From the sequence record MN850566.1: DNA of 64,000 bases. One strand, given 5' to 3'. Positions within the stretch are counted from its first letter, which is position 1. Each line of letters starts with the position of its first letter. Shown piece by piece: positions 1 through 9,915 of the stretch. The translations under genes and the position numbers were made by a program. The notes under the pieces were generated by a model, which worked only from the letters and a program-made list of their open reading frames with translations, searched no databases and was not told the DNA's origin. Origin of the DNA: Escherichia phage garuso.

Positions 1-132
1 CATAATCACACAGTTGGCATTGGTGCTCACAGTCATACAGTTAGTGGTAACACTGGTGGTACAGGTTCTGGTTCAGCATTTAGTGTAACTAACCAGTTCT
101 ATAAGCTGATGGCTTGGGTAAGAACTGCTTAA
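1..132 (+). CDS. 3' end of a tail-fibre-like protein (partial CDS, C-terminal 43 codons)
   Basis: Frame 1 reads ...HNHTVGIGAHSHTVSGNTGGTGSGSAFSVTNQFYKLMAWVRTA then TAA at 130-132; HxH motifs resemble fibre tip domains. Confidence 0.4.
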   Translation, partial: HNHTVGIGAHSHTVSGNTGGTGSGSAFSVTNQFYKLMAWVRTA

Positions 133-211
133 TCCCTTATTGACTGATTGTTAAGATGGTGTTAATATTCTTTATGGGTATTCTCACCATCTTGGCTGAT
201 GAGGTGATTAA

Positions 212-406
212 ATGCCTACAATCCTAGCAATTCTCCTAAAAAATCTAGGTAGTTTCTTCTGGAAACTCATTTTATCCCTTCTAAGTGAATACATGATTGA
301 GAAAGTGTTCTTTAAGCTTGCAAGATACCTTGCGAGTAAAACAGACACACCTATTGATGATGAGTTCGTAGATAACTTAGAAAAAGCTTTTAAGGGGGAG
401 AAATAA
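212..406 (+). CDS. hypothetical small hydrophobic protein
   Basis: ORF track 64 aa, hydrophobic N-terminal half. Confidence 0.35.
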   Translation: MPTILAILLKNLGSFFWKLILSLLSEYMIEKVFFKLARYLASKTDTPIDDEFVDNLEKAFKGEK

Positions 407-772
407 ATGAAGTGGCTAGAGGAAGCTTTTAAAAATAATATTGGTGCAATTGTAGTTGGTATTTTTAGTGTTATTGGGATGTATACCACTATGCAAGTTT
501 CAAGTGGTAAGCAAGAAGTGTCTGTCACAACAAAGTTACAGCAGCTAGATAATTATTCCAAAAGTAACTATTCAGCTATTCGTGATTTACAGTCTGACAT
601 GAGACTGATTCAGCTAGGGATGGAGAACCAGAAAGTTCAGTTAGAGAATGTTAAGGGTGAAAACGCAAAACTTACTAAAACCCTTGATAAATTCTCTGAC
701 AGTGTGAATAATCTGGCTCAATCGGTATCAGCCCTCCAAGCTATTACTGAGAAGAATACAAAAGAACACTGA
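407..772 (+). CDS. hypothetical membrane-anchored coiled-coil protein
   Basis: 121 aa; N-terminal hydrophobic segment (IGAIVVGIFSVIGMY) then heptad-rich region; followed by terminator. Confidence 0.45.
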   Translation: MKWLEEAFKNNIGAIVVGIFSVIGMYTTMQVSSGKQEVSVTTKLQQLDNYSKSNYSAIRDLQSDMRLIQLGMENQKVQLENVKGENAKLTKTLDKFSDSVNNLAQSVSALQAITEKNTKEH

Positions 773-785
773 AAATAAAATTTTA

Positions 786-813
786 AGGCTCCTTTTTACG
801 GGAGCCTTTTTTG
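786..813 (+). terminator. rho-independent terminator
   Basis: AGGCTCC-8 nt loop-GGAGCCT followed by TTTTTT; sits between convergent genes. Confidence 0.6.
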
Positions 814-815
814 TT

Positions 816-1715
816 TTATTTACCTACTGATAAAGGTGCTTCAATCTTTCCTGCATGTTGGTAGTTACTAATTCCACCAATAAAGTCACTTGCAGTAAGA
901 TGTTTCAGGTCACTTAAAGTATTAAGTTGTAGACCAATCTCAAAAGTTGGTGCATGGAACTCTTCATTGTTCATCAGTTCATAAACCTGCTTCATATGAT
1001 TCTGATAAATCTGAGTATCTCCAAAGACACCTATCAAGTATCGTGGAGTATACCCAGTCATCTTGCAAAGAACTTCCAGAATAAAGCCATAGGATGCAAT
1101 GTTAAACGGAAGTCCTAAAAAGGTGTCTACAGAACGTTGATACCATTGTAAGTCAACTTCACCTTCGTTAGTGATATAAATCTGAAACAGGACATGACAA
1201 GGTGCTAAAGCCATTGAGTTTGCTGCAATATCTGCTGCATTCCAAGCATTAACAAGCATGTAGCGGTCTGTGATATCACCCTTCATCTTCGTTACTAAGG
1301 TATCTAATTGGTCTACAACACAACCATTATGACCTTCAAAGTTTCTCCACTGAACCCCGTAGATTCTCCCACCTGCATCTTCTAACCAATCCTGTTCAGA
1401 GGAATAGTTAGAGCTTAACCAACGTTTAAAATCATCTGACCAGATAGTCCAGCGTTCCCCATCATTTTCACCCCAAGTACGGTAACGGAGTTCGCCAAGT
1501 TTATTCTCACCATTCAGGAACCATAAAGCTTCCCCAATAACTTGCCGTGTAAACACCTGTTTAGATGTTAAGAGTGGGAAACCAGTACGCATATCAAAAC
1601 GAAACTGTGGTGGAGCAAATGCAGAGATAACATCCCCAGTTCGTGTAGTACGCAGTTCACCAACAGATAGAACATGGTTCAGGATATTTTTGTAACTCAA
1701 ATCAGCTTGTGACAT
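816..1715 (-). CDS. thyA: thymidylate synthase
   Basis: 299 aa; motifs ALAPCH and RSVDTFLGLPFNIASY typical of ThyA. Confidence 0.9.
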   Translation of the reverse strand: MSQADLSYKNILNHVLSVGELRTTRTGDVISAFAPPQFRFDMRTGFPLLTSKQVFTRQVIGEALWFLNGENKLGELRYRTWGENDGERWTIWSDDFKRWLSSNYSSEQDWLEDAGGRIYGVQWRNFEGHNGCVVDQLDTLVTKMKGDITDRYMLVNAWNAADIAANSMALAPCHVLFQIYITNEGEVDLQWYQRSVDTFLGLPFNIASYGFILEVLCKMTGYTPRYLIGVFGDTQIYQNHMKQVYELMNNEEFHAPTFEIGLQLNTLSDLKHLTASDFIGGISNYQHAGKIEAPLSVGK

Positions 1716-1716
1716 A

Positions 1717-2262
1717 TCAAAAGTGTCCTTTTACTTGTGGAACATAAATCTCAAAGGTTGCTTTACCATCATCTGAGGGTCTTGACTGCACCTTTGCAAA
1801 TACACGGTTATCATACAGTTTATCGAAGAAGTTTTCAAAAGGTAAATACACAGTGGCCTCTTCAGTGACTTTATGGAAAACTGTATGGAAAACTACACCA
1901 GCATACGGCAAAGCATCGACAAGAACACCTGCACCACCAATTACAAAGACATCTTCATCAATAGAGCTATCAAGATACTTCAAAAATGCTCCAAATGACT
2001 CTTTACTGGCTTTAGCATACATTACATCATCTTTGCCAAAGTCTATGCCTAAGTATGGTACAGAATTTGTTAAGATGAGGTTTGCACGTTCTGGTAAAGG
2101 TTTACTACCCAGAGTCTTAAAAGTCTCATTACCCATGACTACTAAGTTATTTTTAGTGAGTCTCTTAAACTCTTGCATGTCCTGTTTATGTCGAGGCCAC
2201 GGCATACCAGTTGGAGTACCAAATTCACCGTTTTCACCACTTGCAAATATTAGTTTAATCAT
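1717..2262 (-). CDS. folA: dihydrofolate reductase
   Basis: 181 aa; N-terminal MIKLIFA...GMPW and VVMGNETFKTLG motifs; adjacent to thyA. Confidence 0.8.
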   Translation of the reverse strand: MIKLIFASGENGEFGTPTGMPWPRHKQDMQEFKRLTKNNLVVMGNETFKTLGSKPLPERANLILTNSVPYLGIDFGKDDVMYAKASKESFGAFLKYLDSSIDEDVFVIGGAGVLVDALPYAGVVFHTVFHKVTEEATVYLPFENFFDKLYDNRVFAKVQSRPSDDGKATFEIYVPQVKGHF

Positions 2263-2519
2263 TTTGTAAACCCTTTCTTAATGAACCAGTTGATGACACT
2301 CTTCACAACTTTACTACGATGGTAGATAAAATGTGGAGAGGGTTGGTATGAACCATAAGCCCAGAAAGCGATAATTTCATTACACACTGTGCATCGGGTA
2401 CTTTCTTCAGCAATATGACCGTTGACTATTTCACTTACCTCACCTTGTAAGTCTGTACGCCCACAATGTGGACAACGGATAGGTGTTCCATCAGACTCAT
2501 AGCAGTGTTCAATTTTCAT
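2259..2519 (-). CDS. hypothetical zinc-ribbon protein
   Basis: 86 aa with CPHCG...CTVCN Cys pairs. Confidence 0.45.
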   Translation of the reverse strand: MKIEHCYESDGTPIRCPHCGRTDLQGEVSEIVNGHIAEESTRCTVCNEIIAFWAYGSYQPSPHFIYHRSKVVKSVINWFIKKGFTK

Positions 2520-3035
2520 CTATTTAACCTCAAAAACTGGTTCAAGAACCAATATAAAGTCTACACAGTCATCTTCTTCATCCAGAATACCATCAAAGTT
2601 CTTAGGTACAAAGTCGAAGAGACTCATAGAATATTGGTCAGAAGTAACCCTGATAGTGTTCCCTAGATTCTCTACAGTTAATATTGTACGGCTTTCTGTT
2701 ACCTCACTTAGAAGATTACTCACAAAGTCATCTAAGAAGTGTTTCATCAGTGACTTGAAGCCTTTAGGGTAATCTGTACCAGAGTATGTTTCAATCTGAG
2801 GAACAAGCTTAACATTTATACTAGTCTTTGTTAAGAACGTTTTAGAGAACATGCTATCAGGTAGCTTACAAACAGTCTTTCCAGTACCTTCATGTTCAAT
2901 CTCAACAAAACCAGCTTCGTCGCCACATGTAACTATTTTAAAAGATGCTTCATTCTCATACTGTGAAGCCATAAACTTTTTAAGCATCTCTTTAAGGAAG
3001 TCTGCATGAGCATCTTGTAAGAAGATATCAATCAT
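2520..3035 (-). CDS. hypothetical protein
   Basis: 171 aa ORF, tightly packed with neighbours. Confidence 0.5.
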   Translation of the reverse strand: MIDIFLQDAHADFLKEMLKKFMASQYENEASFKIVTCGDEAGFVEIEHEGTGKTVCKLPDSMFSKTFLTKTSINVKLVPQIETYSGTDYPKGFKSLMKHFLDDFVSNLLSEVTESRTILTVENLGNTIRVTSDQYSMSLFDFVPKNFDGILDEEDDCVDFILVLEPVFEVK

Positions 3036-3048
3036 AGTTAATCACCTA

Positions 3049-3408
3049 TTATGGGAACAAACACTTAATGTCATCGTTTTTGAAAACAAAACTTGTGTAA
3101 TTATGACCATCAACATCCAGCCAAACAGCCTGAACATCTACACCATCAAGATTCTGGTAAAGCTCTTTGATGAAGTGGTCTTTCACAATCTGACTGCTAG
3201 TTGTTTCCAGCTTAATGTTCGAGATTGCTGAACCTACAGCCATATAGCCCATGACACGTTTCTTCTCAGTATGCTTAATCTTACCATCTTTGTAAGCCAT
3301 AATGAGATTGGAAAGAATCTTTACACCATAATACTTTTCAAGGTGAGTAGGTACACCATAAAAGCCTAATGCGAAGTTTTCAGAGTGGATAATGTTTTCA
3401 CGTTTCAT
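3049..3408 (-). CDS. hypothetical protein
   Basis: 119 aa ORF. Confidence 0.5.
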   Translation of the reverse strand: MKRENIIHSENFALGFYGVPTHLEKYYGVKILSNLIMAYKDGKIKHTEKKRVMGYMAVGSAISNIKLETTSSQIVKDHFIKELYQNLDGVDVQAVWLDVDGHNYTSFVFKNDDIKCLFP

Positions 3409-3409
3409 A

Positions 3410-3739
3410 TTAGTCTGCCAACCTTAAATTGAAATTAACACCAAATTTTTCACATACTTCCAACATATACTCAAGTGAAACATTCCCAGTGAGGTGGATT
3501 ATGTTGGATACACGAGCTTGAGAGATACCACAAATTTTAGCAACTTGCTCTTGAGAAAGACCTCTGGATTTAATCTCTCTCTTAAAACGATGTGCAACGA
3601 AGTCTCTCATTTCGTCTACATCCATTGGACAAATATAACTCTCCATTTCAGCCTCTCTATCAGCCTCCCAATCATCTTGTGGGGCATAAGGGTCAAAAAC
3701 CTCATTCATCTTTCTTCTTCCGTTTGCGTGAAGTGTCAA
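3410..3739 (-). CDS. putative HTH DNA-binding protein
   Basis: 109 aa; C-terminal LSQEQVAKICGISQARVSNI resembles XRE/Cro-type helix-turn-helix. Confidence 0.5.
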   Translation of the reverse strand: MTLHANGRRKMNEVFDPYAPQDDWEADREAEMESYICPMDVDEMRDFVAHRFKREIKSRGLSQEQVAKICGISQARVSNIIHLTGNVSLEYMLEVCEKFGVNFNLRLAD

Positions 3740-3914
3740 TCAATGAATCTATGTTTGTAGCCCTAACCTTTTCACGTTCATCATTAAGATAATCGTCAAG
3801 AGCCTTTTCAATCTGTGAATCATCTTGACAGATGACTGTAAAGACTGTAAAGCCGTCTGTATCGTCAATTATCTTACCATAACCGCTTCTGGGATGTAAC
3901 TTTTTAAGAGCCAT
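3702..3914 (-). CDS. hypothetical protein
   Basis: 70 aa ORF. Confidence 0.35.
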   Translation of the reverse strand: MALKKLHPRSGYGKIIDDTDGFTVFTVICQDDSQIEKALDDYLNDEREKVRATNIDSLIDTSRKRKKKDE

Positions 3915-3915
3915 A

Positions 3916-4299
3916 TTAGATACCTGTGCAGCTTCTGTTTTCTAAGAAATACTCAACACCATACATAGCTTTTTGCATCAAATCTTCTTTAAACTGGATA
4001 CGATGGTTGAGCATAGCCTGTACATCAATATCATCATGGTGCTTCTCTTTAATATTTGCAGATTGCAGGAAATACTCTGCAAGAACGCGATACTGGTAGT
4101 CAGTTACCTTATCAGTCATCTCTGTCAAAGACTCTTCAGAGATTGGTTTAAGTAGCTCACCATTAGCTAGAGCAACACCTTTTACAATCTGGCAAGTATC
4201 CTCTGGAACACCTGATAAGTCCACATTTGGAAGTTCTGTTGCATTGACTGGTAAATTCATTGCCATAACCATTGCAGCAGCTAATAAAATCTTTTTCAT
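3916..4299 (-). CDS. hypothetical secreted protein
   Basis: 127 aa; signal-peptide-like N-terminus MKKILLAAAMVMAMNLPVNA. Confidence 0.5.
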   Translation of the reverse strand: MKKILLAAAMVMAMNLPVNATELPNVDLSGVPEDTCQIVKGVALANGELLKPISEESLTEMTDKVTDYQYRVLAEYFLQSANIKEKHHDDIDVQAMLNHRIQFKEDLMQKAMYGVEYFLENRSCTGI

Positions 4300-4543
4300 A
4301 ATGACCTCAAAGTTATATTAAATTTTGTATTACATTGAGTATAAAAATAAGCTATAACACCTGACTTGTCAACAGATTTTATAGCTTATTTGGCAGATTT
4401 TTTATAAGGCTACTGCCATCCTTCCATACCTTACCTTACCACACCTAACCATACCTAACCAAACTACACCATACAATACCTTGTTAAAAGACCCTCTTAA
4501 AGACCTTTTAAAAAGGAGCCTCCGAAGAGGCTACCTAGTCAAC
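4300..4543 (-). repeat. repeated intergenic module (terminator hairpin + pyrimidine-rich tract + promoter-like site), copy 1
   Basis: Shares GGCTACTGCCATCC...CCATACC and AAAGACCCTCTTAAAGACCTTTTAAAAAGG blocks with 5590-5900. Confidence 0.5.
4506..4532 (-). terminator. rho-independent terminator (minus strand)
   Basis: On minus strand AGCCTC-TTCG-GAGGCT followed by CCTTTTT; downstream of gene 4544-4984. Confidence 0.55.
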
Positions 4544-4984
4544 TTAGAAAGGTTTTCTACGTTGCTTATTAATGTTAGCTTTCATAGCAGCTAAATGGTT
4601 TTGCTGTTCAATCAGTCGTGAACGTTCTTGATGACTAAGTGCCATAGTATTCACATTCTCAATCGCTTGAGTAGCTTGCTTTAAAGCTCGACCAATCTTA
4701 CCAGACATTTTACGTTTTGCAATAGTTGCTTGATGCTTAGGCTCAACCACACGATAACCAACACCCATTGAAGCAACCAGATAAATCTTCTCTTCTTTAA
4801 GAAGCTTCTCAATAAACTTCTCAAGTCGGTTTAGACGTGTAAGCGCATAAGCCTTCATTTCATCTTCGTACTTAACAATGTCACCTTGATAAGTTGGCTT
4901 CACAATACCTAAGAAGGTATCCATCTCAGAGTGTGATACAGTGTCACCGTAACTAAACTTTGCTGCTAATGCTTTTGTATTCAT
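4544..4984 (-). CDS. hypothetical protein
   Basis: 146 aa ORF. Confidence 0.5.
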   Translation of the reverse strand: MNTKALAAKFSYGDTVSHSEMDTFLGIVKPTYQGDIVKYEDEMKAYALTRLNRLEKFIEKLLKEEKIYLVASMGVGYRVVEPKHQATIAKRKMSGKIGRALKQATQAIENVNTMALSHQERSRLIEQQNHLAAMKANINKQRRKPF

Positions 4985-4986
4985 AA

Positions 4987-5900
<914 letters not shown>

Positions 5901-6119
5901 GATGTTGGTGAGTACCCGTTGGTTTATGCTGCTCAGTATACTCACCAAATTTTCTATGTCAACAACTTTTTATAAAAAAGTTCTGATAGCTATATGTGTC
6001 ACGAAACAAAAGATTGTAAACAAGACACCCATTGCAAAAGATGTGTCCAAAAGCTTACTTGCAACGTATGACAATACAAAGACAACCAGTATAAACAGAA
6101 TGACTGTACTGAACATAGT

Positions 6120-7220
6120 TTATTCATAATCCCTAATAACTAGCCCTACAGGGAACTGTAAAGACCCCTTACGAGTCATCTTCTGGAACTGAACCGTTAA
6201 AGGTTTCCCGATAAACTCTTCAGGATGTTCAGCAAGATACTTCTTCTTCTCATGGGTAGTTTTCCATGAAACATCTACAAAGACATTAGGAAGAGTCTCT
6301 ACAACGAACTTGCCATGACCACGCTTATCGGTCTTTACACCAGTCACTTTAAACTCTTCAGTGTGCATCTTCTTGTGCTTAATCAAGAAGTATGAACGGT
6401 GACAACACTCATAGAATGAGTCTTCAGAGATTGAACGGTACATTGCACCTTCAAACTTAGCTTCAACCCACTTATCATGAGCTTCATCAAACTCTTCCCA
6501 AGAATTTACACGGATAGTCTGTACAGGAACAACTCTACAGGCATCCCCAAGCTCAACAATAGGTGAGTTATCAATAACTTCACGACGCTCAGGCCAAGAT
6601 TTTGAATTGTCACAGATATCATACCAGTAGAATTTAAGAAGGTGACGGTCTGGATTGTCAGCATTCTTAATCATAGATACAATATCTTCTAAGTCCCAAC
6701 CATGAGCATAAATCTCGCCATCAAAGTCTTCAACTTGCGGGTGTAATTTAAGCAGCAAAAGCAAATCTGGGATTAGTTCTGCTGGAACGTTGTAAACAGT
6801 ATTCTCACGAGAATAAGCCGTGAAACTAACTGAATCAGCATCTCTTGAAATTCTGCAACGTACACCATCAAGTTTTGGTTGAGCATCAGCAGGGAACTTC
6901 AGATACTTTGCATGACTAACCTTTGCAGCATCATGAGCAAGCTGTACACCTACTTTCTCAGTATTCTTTGCAGACTCTTTTGTGTAAGCGTAGCCTTTAC
7001 GGTCAACTTGCTTTTTATACTTAGCAGCAACTTCAAAGAGAGCTTGCTGTTCAGCGTTACGCTCATTCTTTTTACCGATGTTTTTCGGTTCTGCTGTGTA
7101 CTCTTCAAACATCATCTTGCCATTTTCTTTACCATAGGTTGTAATAACTTTGTCACCTACAGCAACGCATGACCAGACGTTGAAAGAGCCATCTTTATTT
7201 TGTTTGTATAGGATTGTCAT
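6120..7220 (-). CDS. ATP-dependent DNA ligase
   Basis: Nucleotidyltransferase motifs KLDGVR (motif I), DGEIY (III), EGAMYRS (IV), LIKHKK (V); start set at second Met of ORF 6120-7253. Confidence 0.8.
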   Translation of the reverse strand: MTILYKQNKDGSFNVWSCVAVGDKVITTYGKENGKMMFEEYTAEPKNIGKKNERNAEQQALFEVAAKYKKQVDRKGYAYTKESAKNTEKVGVQLAHDAAKVSHAKYLKFPADAQPKLDGVRCRISRDADSVSFTAYSRENTVYNVPAELIPDLLLLLKLHPQVEDFDGEIYAHGWDLEDIVSMIKNADNPDRHLLKFYWYDICDNSKSWPERREVIDNSPIVELGDACRVVPVQTIRVNSWEEFDEAHDKWVEAKFEGAMYRSISEDSFYECCHRSYFLIKHKKMHTEEFKVTGVKTDKRGHGKFVVETLPNVFVDVSWKTTHEKKKYLAEHPEEFIGKPLTVQFQKMTRKGSLQFPVGLVIRDYE

Positions 7221-7222
7221 TT

Positions 7223-7414
7223 TTATTCCTCTGAGTGATACCAAGTATTGCAAGCATTACATGCGTAAAGCTCTAAGTCATTTTTATCTGGTTTATGAAA
7301 ACAGTTTGCTCCGCAGTGGCAACGAAATGGCTTTCCACCAACTGTCAGGACGAAGGACTGAATCTTTCCATCAGGAGTCCGTACAGCATTTTTATGCTTA
7401 TCTTCTTTGTTCAT
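7223..7414 (-). CDS. hypothetical zinc-ribbon protein
   Basis: 63 aa with CHCG...CNACN. Confidence 0.4.
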   Translation of the reverse strand: MNKEDKHKNAVRTPDGKIQSFVLTVGGKPFRCHCGANCFHKPDKNDLELYACNACNTWYHSEE

Positions 7415-7433
7415 TTCCTCTTGCCACCAATTT

Positions 7434-7715
7434 CTACGTCAATAACTTGAACATCACCAGCAACATCAACTTATGAATGATGCTTTCCACAGTGTAAGTC
7501 CAACCATCAATGCGAACCAACTCACCTTCTCGTGGGACGATTGGGTTACGTTGAGCTACCGTTGTAGTAGAGTGAACAACATCATAACAATAGATATAGT
7601 TTACTAGGACTTCCATCGTGAAACCCTCACTCAATAACCGTAGTGTGTGATTGACCATTTTTGCCATAGCTATAAGATGTTGTTGTTTGGGAGTTTGGAC
7701 ATCTGACAACAACAA
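7434..7715 (-). CDS. hypothetical protein
   Basis: 93 aa ORF; 5' end overlaps next ORF so true start may be internal. Confidence 0.3.
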   Translation of the reverse strand: MLLSDVQTPKQQHLIAMAKMVNHTLRLLSEGFTMEVLVNYIYCYDVVHSTTTVAQRNPIVPREGELVRIDGWTYTVESIIHKLMLLVMFKLLT

Positions 7716-7863
7716 TATCTCTGCTTATAGCATCACCATGTAACTTGTATACTCTGCAATCTTGCATCTCTGGTGGGAGGCTGTAAGAAGCATTTTTATC
7801 TTCATAAGAAGGGTTGCAGCCAGATAGAAAAATAACACCAAGCGCAATTACTGATTTCCACAT
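7627..7863 (-). CDS. putative lipoprotein
   Basis: Lipobox VIFLSGC after hydrophobic stretch; start set at internal Met of ORF 7627-7887. Confidence 0.45.
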   Translation of the reverse strand: MWKSVIALGVIFLSGCNPSYEDKNASYSLPPEMQDCRVYKLHGDAISRDIVVVRCPNSQTTTSYSYGKNGQSHTTVIE

Positions 7864-8050
7864 AATACACCCCTGTTTACTGTTCACGATGCTCTACTTC
7901 TCTGTATGTACGTCGATAATGAATGATAAGTGGTGCTAATTCATTGCTTTTAACATTTGAGCGTAACAGTTGCCAGTCAAAACCTTTACCAACTCTTCCA
8001 TATAAATTAAAAAACTTAACTTTGCGTTTCATTTTCGGTATCTCCAATAT

Positions 8051-8278
8051 TCAGAGGTTAATATTAATACGTTCGCCCTTAAGGACTCCAGTACGGTCCC
8101 TTGCAATCTTACCATCAACAATAAGGATATGCGCAGACCTTAAAGAGTCATTATTAAAACCTTTTACGAACTTACTAGGCATCACTACAATAAGCATCTC
8201 CTGAATCAACTCTGGAGTATAGCAGTTATCATGAAGTTGTTGGATAACGTCTGCAAGTGTCATTTTTGATGTCTCCAA
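8051..8278 (-). CDS. hypothetical protein
   Basis: 75 aa ORF. Confidence 0.4.
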   Translation of the reverse strand: METSKMTLADVIQQLHDNCYTPELIQEMLIVVMPSKFVKGFNNDSLRSAHILIVDGKIARDRTGVLKGERININL

Positions 8279-8469
8279 TACTCAATGTCAATAAGTTCTT
8301 GTGCAATGCTTTTCAGATTACCTTTCAAGAAAACCTTCTCAGAACCTGAAAGAGATGAATTGTCAATTAACCTGTTCATTCTCTCAAACAACTTCTGCTT
8401 ACGGTTCTTGATAGTTTCCTTTGAAGCGCCTTTCATCATCGCTGCATGGGTTCTTCCACGATGGCTCAT
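8260..8469 (-). CDS. hypothetical protein
   Basis: 69 aa basic ORF. Confidence 0.4.
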   Translation of the reverse strand: MSHRGRTHAAMMKGASKETIKNRKQKLFERMNRLIDNSSLSGSEKVFLKGNLKSIAQELIDIEYWRHQK

Positions 8470-8520
8470 AAGTCCTCCTATACAAGATATTGTATAAGGT
8501 ACTCTTCCCTGAGCACCTTG

Positions 8521-9072
8521 TCAACTTAGTTTTGCAAACTCTCCGTGGAGTTTAATAGCAGCTTCACAGTAAGCTTTATGGGCTTCTTCAGGGGTGTCAA
8601 ACATACCAAGATGATAGTTTTTACCTTGTAAACGTATCATTGCTCGAAACCTTTTACTTATCTTCTGTACACCTTTTGGCAACCCAGATGGGGACTCTCT
8701 TGACCGATTGCAAGAGTTTTGTGAAGCTGTACAAACCCTTAAATTCAAGTACCTATTGTCCCAACCGTCCCCATTCTTATGGTCAACCTGTAAGGTTTTA
8801 TCAGGTAGATATCCATCCATATACAAGACAACTAAACGATTTGCTTGGTAACCCCTTCCATCAATCAGCAACTGAACTGACTTGTGTCCATCAGTATTTG
8901 TTCTGTAGTTTCCAGCCCTCTTACCTCCAAATCTAGAGTTAGAGTTTGCATTACCTTCTCTAAACTTCCAAGTAAAGACCCCTGTTTCGGGGTCGTAGTC
9001 CAATAGCTCCTTAAGACGAATTTCTGTAATCATTTCAACACCATCAATGTACCTCATACCAGCTCTTACCAA
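8521..9072 (-). CDS. HNH homing-endonuclease-like protein
   Basis: 183 aa; HNH core VDHKNGDGWDNRYLNLRVCTASQN; N-terminal LDYDPETGVFTWK shared with ORF 18923-19447; overlaps 3' end of polymerase exon 2. Confidence 0.7.
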   Translation of the reverse strand: MVRAGMRYIDGVEMITEIRLKELLDYDPETGVFTWKFREGNANSNSRFGGKRAGNYRTNTDGHKSVQLLIDGRGYQANRLVVLYMDGYLPDKTLQVDHKNGDGWDNRYLNLRVCTASQNSCNRSRESPSGLPKGVQKISKRFRAMIRLQGKNYHLGMFDTPEEAHKAYCEAAIKLHGEFAKLS

Positions 9073-9604
9073 CCTTACCTGTGCCAGTTACAAGCGTCTC
9101 ACTCTTCAAACCTAAATTCTTAGATGCCTGACCATACATCCAGTCAGTTATGGCTTTAACTTCTTGAGTCATACTTTCTGGGCATTCCCAACTGTTTTCA
9201 TCGTGGTATGCCAGCAAAAGCCTAGCACCGATTGCTGGTTTTCGTCCATTTAATTTTGTCAATCCTTCTTCACATGCTCTTCTACAAGCAAGGTTAATTG
9301 CCTCGTTCTGAATCTGGCTTTCCGAACCCATGAGCAAATAATTCAATAACTTATGTGGAGATTTACACCACAACCATGCACCTGCTACCTTTACAAAACC
9401 CCCTTTAGAGATTGCAGCAGTCTTACCAAACACCTCTTCAAGTGCCTTTTTAGTTGCTTTGTAGTCAGCTTCCAAGTCATCTAGCAGCTTCTTAATTTTA
9501 GGCAAACGAATAAAGTAAGTCTGTTTAGTCAGCGCACCTTCCTGAGTAGTTGCAGCCTTAATCGTCTTAGCAAACTTCTCATCACCTGCACCGAACAATA
9601 CATC
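9044..9604 (-). CDS. DNA polymerase (family A), 3' exon
   Basis: Begins inside motif B (LFGAGDEKFAK, cf. T7 YGAGDEK) and contains motif C region LLAYHDE; 5' boundary approximate. Confidence 0.75.
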   Translation of the reverse strand, partial: DVLFGAGDEKFAKTIKAATTQEGALTKQTYFIRLPKIKKLLDDLEADYKATKKALEEVFGKTAAISKGGFVKVAGAWLWCKSPHKLLNYLLMGSESQIQNEAINLACRRACEEGLTKLNGRKPAIGARLLLAYHDENSWECPESMTQEVKAITDWMYGQASKNLGLKSETLVTGTGKVGKSWYEVH

Positions 9605-9915
9605 TGGTCAATACACTCGCAAGGTGTACCAGTTCTCTTATGAACTTCTCCGCATTTCTACGGAGTGTCGGACTATATCACGTAGTAATAATACTACCGT
9701 TGCACTTGGGAATGGTCATTAGCTTACCACCCTACTCTACTCAGTTCATACATTAAGTATGCTTTTCGATAGTCTCTGAACGTTTCTCTGTTAGGAATCT
9801 CTATAGTTATGTTATTTGCTTTAGGAGTCCTAACAGAGACTTCGCTGCTGATTACCATATCTTTACAGACTTAGGCTTCCAGCAATTCACAACGTTTTAC
9901 ATGCGCCACTGACGC
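9599..9915 (-). other. group I intron interrupting the DNA polymerase gene (no internal ORF)
   Basis: Minus strand carries R element GTTCAGAGACTA (plus 9770-9781) and S element GATATAGTCC (plus 9670-9679) in correct order; intervening sequence has stops in all frames; exact splice sites not resolved. Confidence 0.65.

Noticed and set aside
1853-2269. Plus-strand ORF (138 aa) inside the DHFR gene, and similar antisense ORFs (e.g. 6879-7172, 8640-8936, 10915-11319, 11374-11763, 15623-15877, 33433-33960, 58519-58716)
   Set aside because: Each lies wholly within and antisense to (or out of frame with) a longer ORF with clear enzymatic motifs; no SD or start context; treated as shadow ORFs.
9599-9915. 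Intein or programmed frameshift as explanation for the split polymerase
   Set aside because: Intervening sequence has stops in all frames and carries group I intron R and S core elements; the exon 2 frame cannot be reached by a +1 or -1 shift from exon 1 without crossing stops.
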